Source: Chlorokybus atmophyticus
Lineage: Eukaryota > Plantae > Mesostigma and Chlorokybus algae
NCBI GenBank assembly: GCA_009103225.1
Contig: RHPI01002069.1
Location: forward strand, 459,378 to 523,377
Length of the DNA: 64,000 nucleotides
Direction: 5' to 3'
Shown: positions 10,950-23,768 of the stretch, in pieces
Numbering within the stretch: the stretch's first letter is position 1
Layout: the number at the start of each line of letters is the position of its first letter
Made by a program: the position numbers and the translations under genes
Notes under the pieces: model-generated
What the model was told of the DNA's origin: nothing
The model's input: only the letters and a program-made list of their open reading frames with translations
Database searches by the model: none

Positions 10950-13900
10950 ATGAAGATTATAGACAAGGTGCGGCAGGCGGAAAGCGAGGGGCGGAACTAC
11001 TTCTCCTTTGAGTACTTTCCTCCCCGTACAGATGAGGGCGTGGACAACCTGTTCGAGCGCATGGACCGCATGGTAAGCCTGTCCGAGACATGCACTCACG
11101 TTTTCAGTTTCTCACTTTCTCCCCGCTTTTAGCTGATCATAACAGGGTCAGCGTCCCGTTGCTCTGCACTTGCATGCTGTTCTGCTGCGAGGGGTGTTGT
11201 TTGTCAGCTAGCATTGTGATTGTTATAGCCCAGTCGGGTTCACCTTGCGATGTAGTGGGCTGAGCTGAAAATTGTGCTGTGTTATTATGGTTTGGAGTAC
11301 AGCTGTAGCTGTTCTTTCAGATTGTTTCTTTCAGTCAAACCAAATAGAAGTGTTGAGATGTTGACTTATTTACACGCGCACATTGTGCCAAGGCCCTTAC
11401 CAGTGGTAACAAGTCAGCTGGTATTCGTGTGTGCTGTCCTCCAAGTTGTGGTGCATGCATGATGACACTGGTGGTGCAGCTCATTACTGCTTACGTGCAG
11501 GTGGCTCACGATCCCCTTTTCTGTGACATCACGTGGGGTGCTGGAGGCTCCACATCAGAGTTGACGCTCGACATCGCCAGCAAGATGCAGAATATGGTAT
11601 GAAGTGGTGCTGTGCATTCCTCCTTCTGCTTTGACACACAATGATGCTCGAGTTACACTATGAGGTGCTGCTTGTCGTGTTGGTACTGTTGTTGCATCGA
11701 TGTCTCACCTGGTGTTAAGGCCGGTAGTGCTTTTAGTAGTCACCATTTACTATTAACGATAACTGTTTCAGCACATACTGATTTCTGCACGGTTATGTTG
11801 GGAACAGATTTGCGTTGAGACGATGATGCATTTGACGTGCACCAACATCACGCGCGAAAGCGTGAGTGAGACGATCCGCGCGGTGAAGAAGTCCGGTATC
11901 CAGAACATTCTGGCGTTGAGGGGAGACCCGCCCAAGGGCCAGGACACCTTTACAGCGATTGAGGGCGGCTTTGCATGTGCGCTTGATCTGGTATGTTCAC
12001 GAATGCTCCTTATATTCATGCAGCATGTGAAGTGTGTTTGCAACATGCTGAAAGCAAGAGGGTTGCCTTTGCAAGTTAGAAGACTTCTCTGTGTTCCAAT
12101 CTGGTGTCATGCAGGTGAAGTACATTCGAGCAGAGCATGGTGATTACTTTGGCATAACAGTTGCAGGCTATCCTGGTACGTTTATCCTGGCACATATTTT
12201 GTTGGAGAGCTTGTCTTGGGAGTAGCACACATCAAAGCATGCTGTGGTATAGAGTTGGGCTCGTGTTGCATATGTGTCTACTACCAGCATGCAGATATCG
12301 TGGCTTGGACTCTTGTTGAATGTCCCTTGTTTGCAGAGGCTCACCCGGACTCCATCGGGGAGAGCGGGGAAGCGTCGCAGGAGGCATACCAGAAGGACTT
12401 GCACTACCTCAAGCAGAAGGTGCATAGCTTTGCTGTTATTGTTGCCGACAATGCTCAGAGGTTATTGCGAATGTTGTGTATGTACGCTGAACATTTTCTG
12501 TAAGTGTGCAATGTAGGTAGGAAACTCATTAGGCTGTATTGTTGCGCACAGATTGATGCCGGTGGCGACATGATTGTCACGCAGCTTTTCTACGACGTGG
12601 ACAGGTTTCTGCAGTTTGTCAAGGACTGCAGACTCATTGGCATCAACTGTCCGATTGTGCCCGGCATTATGCCCATCAACAACTATAACGGCTTCAAGCG
12701 CATGACAGGCTTCTGCAAAACAAAGGTGCGTGCAAATTATACTCACATCAAGGTCTAGTAGCTTGTTGTAAGCGTGTACCAGAATTCTTGCAGTTAGGCC
12801 ATCATCTATGACAGCCCTCAAGCAACATCGGATGAAGGGTGACTTTTACGGTAGTGTACGGTCAGCTCAGCCACTGTTGCATTAGTAATATATTTTTGTA
12901 GACGACAATGTCGCCACCGAAACAAGGCACTGGCAACAGTATTGAGTGCACGTACCCATGGGAAAGTATCAAGCCCTTGTACTCAGTTTAAGGTTGTATA
13001 TGTGGTTGTTGCGCTGCAGGTGCCGAAGGAGGTGCATGACGCGCTTGAGCCTATTAAGGACAACGAGGAGGCGGTGAAGGCGTACGGTATCCATTTGGGG
13101 AGGGAGATGTGCAAGAAGCTGGTGGATGCAGGCGTGAAGGGCTTCCACCTGTACACCCTCAACCTGGAGAAGAGCGTGCTGTCCATTCTGCAGCAGCTCG
13201 GCTTCGTCAGCAGCACCCGCCTGCCCCGCGCCCTTCCCTGGCGACCACCCACCAACGCCAGGCGCCACGGCGAGGACGTTAGGCCCATCTTCTGGTAGGT
13301 TTCTTTTCTCATTGACGTTGAGGACACTTGTTGGTTGGATGTTTCATCATCGGGGCATGGTTTGGTTGGCACACGGCAGTACATGGCATATTGCATTGGT
13401 TGCTGCTGGGGAGCCAGTTGATTGCAATCACTTGCTAAGAATGATGCTTTCTTATAGTAATATACTGAGATGCACACGCCGTGTGATCAGACGGGCAGCA
13501 GCATTGACTTGTTGCTGTTATGGAGTAATACCGAAAGCCTTGTGTGCCTGTGCAGGGCAAACAGGCCGAAAAGCTATATCTCGCGCACAGTGGACTGGGA
13601 TGACTTCCCTCATGGTCGATGGGGGGATTCACGCAGTCCAGCGTTTGGAACACTGGCGGACTATCAGGTGCACGAGTCATTTGGCAGTGCAATGGTCAAC
13701 TCCTTTCCGAGTCATGTGGAGCTGTTGGTGTTGGTGTTGGTGTTGACAAGCTGCTGTTGCATTACATACTAGTGCACTCACTTCTTTCCCTTGTTTCCGG
13801 CTGCATCATAGCAGTTCATGAAGCCAAAGTCGAAGTCAAAGAAGATCCGGGAGCAGTGGGGAGTCGACGTGACGTCTGAGGAAGACATTTTTGAGGTGTG

Positions 13901-14889
13901 TGTATGGTATTTGGGTATGTTGTACATGTTGCATATATCTAAGACCATTGACAACAGACGTGCATTGTCGTACGCGTGTCACATGTATGGTTCCTGAGTG
14001 CATGTCCGTCAGGTTTTTGAGAGGTACTGCGCTGGCGAGATCACGGCGATACCGTGGTCAGAGTCGGATGGTCTTCAGCCGGAGAGCAAGCAGATCGACC
14101 AGGAGTTGATGCAGATGAACAAGAAGGGCTTTTTGACAATCAATTCGCAGCCGCGAGTCAATGGCGCACCTTCCGATACGCCCGGAGTGGGTCAGTAATG
14201 ATGTTTAAGCAAGCTCTTGTGCAATGTCGTTTGACGGTGGGGTACCGACTACCTGGAATGTGCTTTGTGTGCAGGCTGGGGCAGAGCCAATGGATATGTT
14301 TACCAGAAAGCTTACGTGGAGTTCTTTACGGGCCCGGAGAGGCTACAGTCTCTGCTGGCGAAGCTGTCTCAGTACCCCAGCTTGACCTACCATGCGGTCA
14401 ACTGCAGGGGAGACACCAAGTCCAATGTGTCACCCAACGACGTGACGGCTGTGACTTGGTATGTGCTGGGTTGACTTGTTTTGCAGCAGGTCCATTGGCA
14501 ACTGTCCGTTGGTTGATTGCGGGAACGCTGTGTTGACGCCGTTGTTCTGCAGGGGAGTGTTTCCGGGCAAGGAGGTCATTCAGCCCACCATTGTTGACCC
14601 GAAGAGCTTTATGGTGTGGAAGGATGAGGCGTTCGACATCTGGATTTCAGAGTGGTCATCCATGTACCCGGACAATTCGGAATCCAAGAAGTTGATTGAG
14701 AGGGTGCGTATTGTCTGCGTTGTGAATACTGTAACATGGAGTTTATGCTGCAAGTGCACTTGCGCTGTGAAGACTGACTCAACCCCACTGACATGCTTTT
14801 CACAGGTACATGACACATATTGGCTGGTCAATATCGTTGACAACGACTACGTCCGAGGAGATATGTTTGCCATTTTCAGGGACTTGTAG
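10950..14889 (+). CDS. MTHFR: methylenetetrahydrofolate reductase, eukaryotic/plant type with C-terminal domain
   Basis: MKIIDKV...[118 protein letters not shown] at 14887-14889. Confidence 0.97.
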
Positions 14890-15636
14890 CGTTATTTGTA
14901 GGTAAAGGGTATCCGCCTGTTGTGCTGCTACAATAGCGCAATTGTTGTGCTATGTTGGCGATTTGCTTGCTCGAATGCCACCCGAGAGTCAGCAACTGGG
15001 TATCGGCTTCACTAGTGTCTGCTCTATGTCAGTTACCAACATTTTCATATGACATCGTGGCAATATACCTTGTCCCGAGTGGAGCCTTGATTTGACTTGC
15101 AGCCTACTGCAGTGGGAATTTCGTGCGATATGTTAGCACTTCCTTGACAATAGTGGCAGGGCTGGGACCTGGTGGCTAGTTAGCTAATGCCTCCGGTTGT
15201 CACTGCAGATGTAAAGACAGCACTGCGTCAAGAGGCTTCTGCTGTGCAATGCTTTCATCTGATGGCATGGCACGTACTGTGGTCAGAAGCTAGATTGATA
15301 GCTTATATGTAAGGAAGCATGCCAAAAATGCATCTCAAGTGACCACTGGCCAGCTAATAGCACAAGCTGGACCCTGCCAGCTTATGTGTAAATAGCTTGA
15401 CTTCAGGGACCTCTCCTGCAGTCAACTACTTGCTTTATTGCTACTGGGCTCTCTATGCAAGAGCTTTATTACTGTGCTTTATGTAAAGCTACCTGTACAT
15501 ATTGCGTTGATGTGAAAAATTGCCTGGTCTCACCGGCATTGGGGACGCCCCTTGATATGGCAGGAACATCTGCTAACACAGCACGCATCAGCATACATAC
15601 CGCCGAGAACAGACCACTGGTTGTTGGCGGCAGCAA

Positions 15637-18600
15637 CTAAGCACTGACCTGTGGTCCGCGAGGAAGCAGGGTAGGGTTGTTGGGGAGCACCGCCATGTCA
15701 CGAGGGTAGTACCTGGGAGTCGGTACCATGTAAGGTGGTGCCATCGGCTGGGGGCTGAAGTTGTTCTGCGCCATGTGGTGGCCCCAGTACGGCGCCTGGC
15801 TGCTGGGTCCCATTCCCGATAGGATAGGGCGTGTCATGAACTGCTGCAACTGCGGCCGCTGCTGCAGCGGCTGAGGTGAACTGTGAATTACAGGCTGCAT
15901 GTCTTTATCGTCAGGTGCGTCCGCACCTTCAATGACTCGCTCAATGCAGCAGACCTCATAAGGGAGTGCGGGCTGCACGACATGGTGATCAGCTACAGTC
16001 AACAGGACTGGCAGCAACTTGTGTTTGCCGCTTGTGAGCACACTACTCCAAACCAGGTGCGCTGTACCTTGAGCTTTAAGTCGTGCAAAATGACCTTGTA
16101 GCTGGCTTCGACCATGACACTGCCACCGTTCTTGCACTGTCTACGGAAGCTGAACAAGCCCTTCAGAGCGATGGGCACCTCCTTGTCTTCCGAGGCGTCT
16201 TTGATGATGTCCGCGCGCAAACCGTTGAAGAACATTGGAAAGTCCACTCTGACCTGTGTGAGTGTGTGTGTGTATAGTACCACTCAGTACCCCAAGCATG
16301 TCAGTTTAGCAGCCAGTCAGTCCTTCGTTACCTGTTCCACATCTTCAGGATGCGCATGGAGCATGAAGTGATGGCCGACGTACTCGAGAGGCGAGTACCC
16401 ATAATTCTCTTCACAAGTTGTAGACATGCGAAGCACCTGATAGCAACACATTTGTCAAGCCCATTCAGCTGACAACAGTGATGCACATGACCATGCTGAC
16501 GATCCCACAGGCAAGCCAGGACCTTGCCGTTCGGGTCAAACAGCAACAACACATCCGGCCAGCACGCCCCGAACGGTCCACAATCTGGCCATTTTGCCGT
16601 CCTCAGCGCCAGCTGTGCCGCCGTCTCCTGAGTAGTTGGCAAAGGGCTAACAACTTCGTCGACAGAAAGCTTCTGCTGGCGCTTGGCGAGCATGTCCCGC
16701 TCGTCTGTGGAAGCGAGGTACACGCATTGCGTTGGTGGACTAGGCGATTGGTTACGCATTTCCATGGTCTGCTTGACAACAACCGCTTTATTAGTCATCT
16801 AGTCACTGCCAATACACATGCACCAAACACAATGACACCCAGATACGCAGTGTACCTGCTTGACCCAGTGCTCGTAGTCTTGCTGAGGTCGTGTTGCCAT
16901 TACATTACGCTCCACCACAACATACAGCAACCGGTCGCTCCTTGGCTCCACGCCCGTCCGCTTGGTCACCTCGTACCAGATGAGCCTCCCGTCCTTGTGC
17001 ACTCGTCTGTAGCGCAAGCAGTGCGCTCGAGATGGGTCCAACGGTGCATCTGGCCCCGATGCAGTAGACTGCAAAGATTTGCACGACCGTGTTGGTTACC
17101 TCATGCACAACGTTGAGCCAATTGTTAATATGAAGTGAAAGCCTACAGCATACCTGATGGATGACCCAAAGGTCCTCAAAAAAGATGGTGTCGAACCCTG
17201 GCTTTCCAACCAGCTCGCTGGGCCTGTATCCCAGCTCGTCAAATACCGTATCCGATACATGCGCTGTGAGTGGCGTGTTGATGTAAAAGAGCCAGATGAC
17301 ATCTTGAGATAGCCTCGCTGCAGCTCCCAACAATGACATCTCGTCTTCCAGAGCCTTCTTCTGAGAGATGTCGCGCGCAACCATCATCACCTGAGAAACA
17401 GGTTTTCGTGTTCTTGGCTGAGCCTGCAAGCTTACAAGTCCACGTAGAAAACCAATGCTTGTCTACATGTAAGCAGCACCTTGACTGCTCCTTTAGCGGA
17501 AGTCACAACGCGTACTCCGCTTGCTGTCATCCAGATGATAGTATTATCACGACGTACGAAACGGAACTCAAAAGGCTTGGGCAGATCCATTGTTGCCTGC
17601 CGTACGCATAGGCAAGGTTACATAACAAGCGCATGACAGCAGTTCTTAGTTATTCACACAAACCTGTGGGTTTTGGACGCGTTCACGTATCACAGCTTCA
17701 ACATGAAGTCTGTCCTGCAGTACTCAAGCAGACGGAATCAGTTCTGCCAAAACGCTCCACTGTAGAGTGATGCACGGCCAACATGCATCCCATTACCTGC
17801 GTCTTAAGCAGTTCAAAGGCATTGCGACCTATCAACTCTGCCGCCCGGTAACCAAGAATGGCTGCTCCCGCAGGAGAGACACTCGTGATCATCCCGCACG
17901 GTTGCATCTCCAACTTAAAGTCGTGCGCGAGCTCGTCGAACACCCTGGCGCGCTGCAAGTCCTCTTCCATGGCTCTGTCAAACAAATGTGCCATCCAGTG
18001 AACTTCAGTTCTGTAAACAAACATAAACCGCGCAAAGTTGTTGAGTAATGCTAACGATCTCAAGCACTTGCTTCAGGTCTTTGCCGGTGACTGAGGTGCC
18101 AACAGACTCGTCTCTCATTTGCCGGTAGGCTATCCAGCCGGCCTGATAGCCCGGCACCTCCGAGGATGCATACTTGGGGGATGAGTTGCAATCACCAAGT
18201 CCATGAAGACCACCACTCCGGCGCTCGCGAACTTGCTCAGCCGGTTTGCGAAAAACTTGCCTCTGCCAGCAGCAAAAGCAGCAAAACCAATATTGCGCGT
18301 GAATGCATGATGTGCCGTACTGGTGATGAGGCAAGCCATCCCGAATGATACACATGCCACGTGATGTACTCAAATAAGAACATGTCACAGGAGTCATCAT
18401 CATCTGCGTGACAACATGTTAGTGCAGCAGAGCAGGCCGTACCTCACAGACGAGTTGCATGCCCACTCGGCGTCGCTGTTCCTCATTCTTGAAGGCCTCA
18501 TGTAGTTCCTGGTTGCGGACGAGATGCACGTACGACTGCCCGTTGTGCGCTACGAGGCTCGCACCGGACTTCAGCAGCAATTTGATTATGTCCACTTGCT

Positions 18601-19685
18601 TATTCGCGATGGCCATGTCCAAGGCGCGAAGCCCCGCCCTATTCTCCGCATCCACATGGAACTTCCCCGAATCCAGCAAACTCTTGCACACGCGTTTGTG
18701 CCCGTTGCTTGCAGCCAGGTGCAGTGCAGTTGTCCCATCTCTGTCGGGTGCTGCCGACACAACCTGGAGGATGAGACTTGTTGCCATCAGAGCAGAGCAG
18801 AAAGCAAGGCAAGACACAAGTCAGTGGAGTGTCAAATATGCGTACCCGTTCGAGCAGAAGGTTGACCACCACTGCATGTCCAGCATTGGCGGCGGCCATA
18901 AGCGAGCTCCATCCTGCAATGTTACGAGCGTCGGCGTCTGCACCGGACTCGAGGAGCGCTAAAACTGCGGCAACATGCCCCAAGTTGGCCGCGAAGTATA
19001 TCGCTGTCTCGTGCGCTGCATTCCGCGCCTACAATGACGACACATTTGGTCAACTGTTATCTGCAGAAGTCAAGCTAAGCAATCCAAGCTTGCGCTCTGG
19101 AATCACCTCAAGAGCAGCGTGTGAGTGCGCAAGCACAGGCACAATGTCTGCACTGCCGGTTATTGCAGCCAACATCAATGGCGTGTGCCCCGCAGAGTTT
19201 GCGGCGTTGACATCTGCACCCGCAGCTACCAGGTCGGTCACCAGCTGCGAGGAAAATCAAAATTGAGCCTTGGCAAACCTATGCAGCTGGTACAGCTGAC
19301 AATGCACAAAGCCACTGCCCACCTTCAGGTCACCACCCGAGATGGCCAAACGCAATAGCGAACACTGGTCTTCCCCAACCTCATCGCCCACCTCCGCCTG
19401 CCAGAGCGCGGGCGTAAGTTGGAATTGACAAACAGCAGTGCTCAGTGCCTGCTGATGCATACAACGTCACTTCAATCAGCTGACCTGCAGCACAACGCGT
19501 AGCATGTTGACAGTAGAAGGGGAGGCATGCGCGCAAGTTTCTGCCACGGAAATGGCTGCGTGGGCGAGCGCCAGAACCCATGCCAGTCGCGCTTGCGGAC
19601 CTGCGCTCTTGGCATCTTCGCTGGTGACCGGGAACGACGACAGCTGCCGTATGGGGCATGCCAACGCCTCGCGCAGCAGCACCAT
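15637..19685 (-). CDS. ankyrin-repeat + three PAS/PAC domain protein with Pro/Gln-rich C-terminus (5' end uncertain)
   Basis: About six ANK repeats (e.g. GHTPLMLAAITGSADIV, GTTALHLAASNGHKRVCKSLL). PAS1 ITSVSPAGAAILGYRAAELIGRNAFELL...FEFRFVRRDNTIIWM. PAS2 VSDTVFDELGYRPSELVGK...YRRVHKDGRLIWYEV. PAS3 MSTTCEENYGYSPLEYVGHHFMLHAHPEDVEQ...FRRQCKNGGSVMVE. Exons join through GT-AG sites. Confidence 0.8.
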
Positions 19686-21199
19686 CACTCTTACGAAACC
19701 ATCCGCTTAAAGGCACACTGTCTGCCTTTACTGAACCCTAACCCACCCTTCAGACCTCGCTGAATCTGACCTCAAGAATCCAATCGAGCACCTGTTGGGA
19801 TCAACACAATCGGTCGCATGCATCAAGTAGTGGTAGTGGACAAGTTGCGGCAACAGCGTGCATAACGCTGCTGAATGTGACACTGCATTGTTCATACAGC
19901 ATTAATTAAGTGACGGTGTAGAGATGTGCCATGCAGTGCACATAAATGCAACAGTGAGCGCCTTTATGTGCTGCGCACAATAGCATGCACTGCAAGCAAG
20001 CGGCATCCGTCTTTGTTGTAATCGGCCAGTGTGAACCTGCTGCATGCCGGCTAACTAGCTATGCAATTGACGAGAAGTGCCACAAGGCGGCAATGCCAGC
20101 GGCTCCCAAAGACCTGTGCACCTAGGGAAGCACCTCACACGCCAATGACTTTAACACACTCACCTCACTCGCCCCCGCTCTGCCGCCGCCGCTCATGTCA
20201 AGTAGATTGCAGCCAAGTAAGTCCGCACAAGGCCAGATGGCCTGGCCAGCGCGCCGTAGCTGCGCAAGTCCTCTCAAGCGCCACACCTCCGCACGGAATT
20301 GCAATGCTACACCATCACACCACCGCTGTTCCACGTTGCCGTGAAACCGTGCTCCCGCCTCCGTCGCCGCCTCCGTCACCTCCACCGCCACCCACACCGC
20401 CGCCGCCCGTCCACGCTCCGTCGCTGACAGGCAGCGGCCGCAGCTTCAAGCTCACGTTTTGGCATTGAGCTTTTAGTTTTGGGTTGCGCTCATCATCAAT
20501 GCTCCACAATTAGGGCTGACGAAGCACACTTGGTACCAGACTGCCAAAATGCAAGCCCCTCGTTATATATGGTACCACTGCACGTCACCTCCTACAGGAC
20601 AATCAAATGAACCTCATTGGGTGGATCGGCACTGTGCATGTTCGAACGACATCTTTACCACGCCAAGGCGGATTGCAGGATGCGGCCTGCTGAACCAGAC
20701 CAGGCCTTCCAAGTCGGTGGAGGCGCTGTTCAGGCGCTGTCATGAACCAGGTGAACCAGCAACTCAACTCGATACTCAACAAGTGTCAAGCAGGTGAACT
20801 GACCCGGCAGGTATCCGGGCACGTTGCAGTCAACTATTGGTTTGAGCACGTCGCTTGGGTGTCAGGTTGGGGAGAAGCGCAATCACAAGTTGTGATCCAC
20901 GGTGAATCAGTCACAACTGCGCGATGCACGCGATCTGTTAAGTTTAGTTACCGGGTAGGCTAGATGTTGAGTTGACGTCGTTGAACTTGGTAAGGGAGCA
21001 TGCGTTGGCAAGCGAACCGCCGCGAATTGTGGGCATTCAGTTCAATGGCTTCACTCGCGGAAGCAGCTGCGCAACACGTGCGCTGCGTACGAGTTGATGA
21101 AAGTATGGTGTGCGCTTTTGGTTGGCTCTGGTACACAAACTGTGAACTTGAGACATCTTATGGTAGCCTGCGGTTAAGGCGCTTCTTGAAGCCCTCCTG

Positions 21200-22420
21200 T
21201 CCTATTTAGCGATTGAAACTGCGTTTTCATTCAATAGTTCTGATACACTGCTATGTTCAATTATGCCATCTATCATATTGCAATTGCTTACACGTGATTG
21301 TATGTAGCCGAGCACAATGCTCCATATAGGGCCCTTAAGGAGCTTGAACATGCATTATATTTGACCGTAGAACGCAGCCCCTTCCTGATATACATTGGAA
21401 CCTTGATTGATCTAACGTTGTCCATAGTAGTTATAATCAATGTAAACTCGTTGAGTATACATGTGAGGGTTGCTGTTGGTCCGTTATTTGTTCAACTGTA
21501 ATTTGTATTTGCTTAACATTCAGCGATAAAGGTCTGGCGATCCTTGTATTAACCTTACAGTATATGGCACAGAATAAATCAATACATGTATTGGTCATAA
21601 GAGCTGCGTCAAACACATTCAGAGAGGGGTTATGCAAACATATGGCACACATAAAAATACAATGCACTTATGTAGGCAAAGGTAAACAGAGCAAGTGTTG
21701 AAGTCAATTTGCTTCGACACTTGACGGTCAGAAATATGGCAATGTGATACTTGATGCGGTTATGGAATAGCACTCTGACACAATGACACATAACGGCAAT
21801 ATCAAACTTTATGCAGATATGAATAATGTGCACAACACCTAACGGCAGATCTATGGCACGCCTGAGCTATACTCATTGTGGAAGAATACAACGTTTGATG
21901 AATTAAATGTAATATAAAGTGTAATACTGTATATGACCCGCGGTGAAGTGTAACATTGTAAATAATGTAATAAAGATATGATGAGGATTGTGGTCTTGCT
22001 TTGTAATTGCACAAAGTGTTCATTTGCATCTTTAATGCGTGTGTATTGCATTTGTACAGGAGTTCATCGATTTGCTAATGTACATACATTGAAACATGCA
22101 TAAATGTGAGCATCTTATGTAATGAGCACATGTATTTGATAAGGATTGTATATATGCAAAAACTGTATGCATATCCATTATAATGTTGAAAGTTTTGTTC
22201 ACTTTGTGGATGATGCATCATGTGACTTGCCGAGTGTCGCATTTAATTACATACGTTGTAATCTGTAATGCATGCCACAACTTATACTTAAGCTTAGCTA
22301 TATATAATTAACATGTTGCTGAGAAATCGTGATGTATGTAAATTGTACAAGATGATAATTAAGCGTGGTTGATGCAGGATAGGCTACCATGTGTAGCATG
22401 CATAAGCACATATATTATAC
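21200..22420. other. AT-rich non-coding island
   Basis: Sharp drop in GC (roughly one third by eye) versus flanks; no credible exons. Confidence 0.6.
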
Positions 22421-23768
22421 TTATATCGGAAATGCGCAAATCGCACTACAAAAGGGTTTGTGCAAATACATGGCACGCGTGGCATGCAACAAGCACAAGT
22501 GAGCAAGATTCGGCGGGGGCCAAAGTAGGTTTTACTAAGTTGGCAACTTTTAAGACAAACACGCTAGCTAAACTCTACCCAAAACTTTGGGCTCGACCCT
22601 CAAGCGGCAGCACGCAAGGGTCACCCATACGATGTGGGCGTGCACGAAAGTATGGTTCGTGCTGACGACCTCAGGTTGATTGCTTGAGCCATTGCTGCTT
22701 GTTGCCAACTGCCTGTCCCATTGCCACTGCATTGCACAGCATACAACAGCATTTATGGTAGCAAGTACGTGGCCTCGAGTGTATGATTAGCTGCCTTTGC
22801 TTGTCGTGCCTGCTCTGCTTGCCCTCATATGCATCTTTGCCTGAGGACGCATGTTTCTGCATGACATACCACAATCTATACCCCATAAACAACAACACAC
22901 ACAACAGTTGTATACGGCCGCATGTGCCTTATGGATTGCATGTAATGCCATCACGCACTTCACCACACCGTTCTCATAAGTAAACGGAAGCAGATTTCGC
23001 CCCAAGGGAAGAACTTTCAACTGCACCTGACTTGCTACACCTATTGCACGACATGCTTGCGTGTGTGTAATGCAACATGTGCACCAGGTCATAAGGTGAG
23101 GAGGAACGAGGCAACAACTTGCAGCTCATGGGGCCAGCATGCGCTGAACATGTAATAGCCGTATATGCTGAATAGGTGACCCTTCAATCAAAATTGCAGA
23201 AGACAGAAATATCCAAACCGAACAACTGCTCCCCACAATGTTCCCCCCACCCCATTATTGCAATTCAATGCACAGCGACAAAGCATGGAGTTGTGTAAAT
23301 GACATGGCGTGCTGGCGTGCGTATGAGTTTACTGGTGCAGTGTGATGGTGCATAGCTTTGTATGACAATGTTGCTGTACTAGTAAATTCACACGAATGAA
23401 CCCAATCGATTCATGCCCTCGTGAATATGGAATTTGCACAGTTAGCAAAGGAAGGGAAACTATGCAGATTCCAGGCACATAGGATTGATGTACATCATCT
23501 TTTAGGAAAAACACTGGCGGAAGACTTCAGGGGGGAATACAATTCGACATACAATTTGCATCCAAACACCTATAAACAATGGTTCTTCCTGCACACATCT
23601 GATAAACTCTGTGAGGACGGATTGCATAGGGCAAAACCATGCCGATGGTTTGGCCAAATGAAACAGCTTTGATGAAGCACTAGACTACCTGGAGCACGTG
23701 AACAATGCCACGAATGTACAACACATTGGCAATTCGAGGGCAAAAAGTGTTGCATGGGCTGAAAGAAC

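Noticed and set aside
17820-17860. LOV photoreceptor domain
   Set aside because: GRNAFELL lacks the adduct-forming Cys of GRNCRFLQ.
18011-18071. A fifth GC-AG intron (AA|GCAAGT) in the ANK-PAS gene
   Set aside because: A canonical phase-2 GT donor (AA|GTATGC at 18173) gives the same downstream frame, so GC is not required.
20549-20963. Exon-like + strand segment (MNQVNQQLNSILNKCQAGELTRQ)
   Set aside because: No phase-consistent partner exons or known motif.
22444-22456. CACTA (En/Spm) terminal inverted repeat cactacaaaaggg
   Set aside because: No matching inverted end, subterminal repeats or transposase found.
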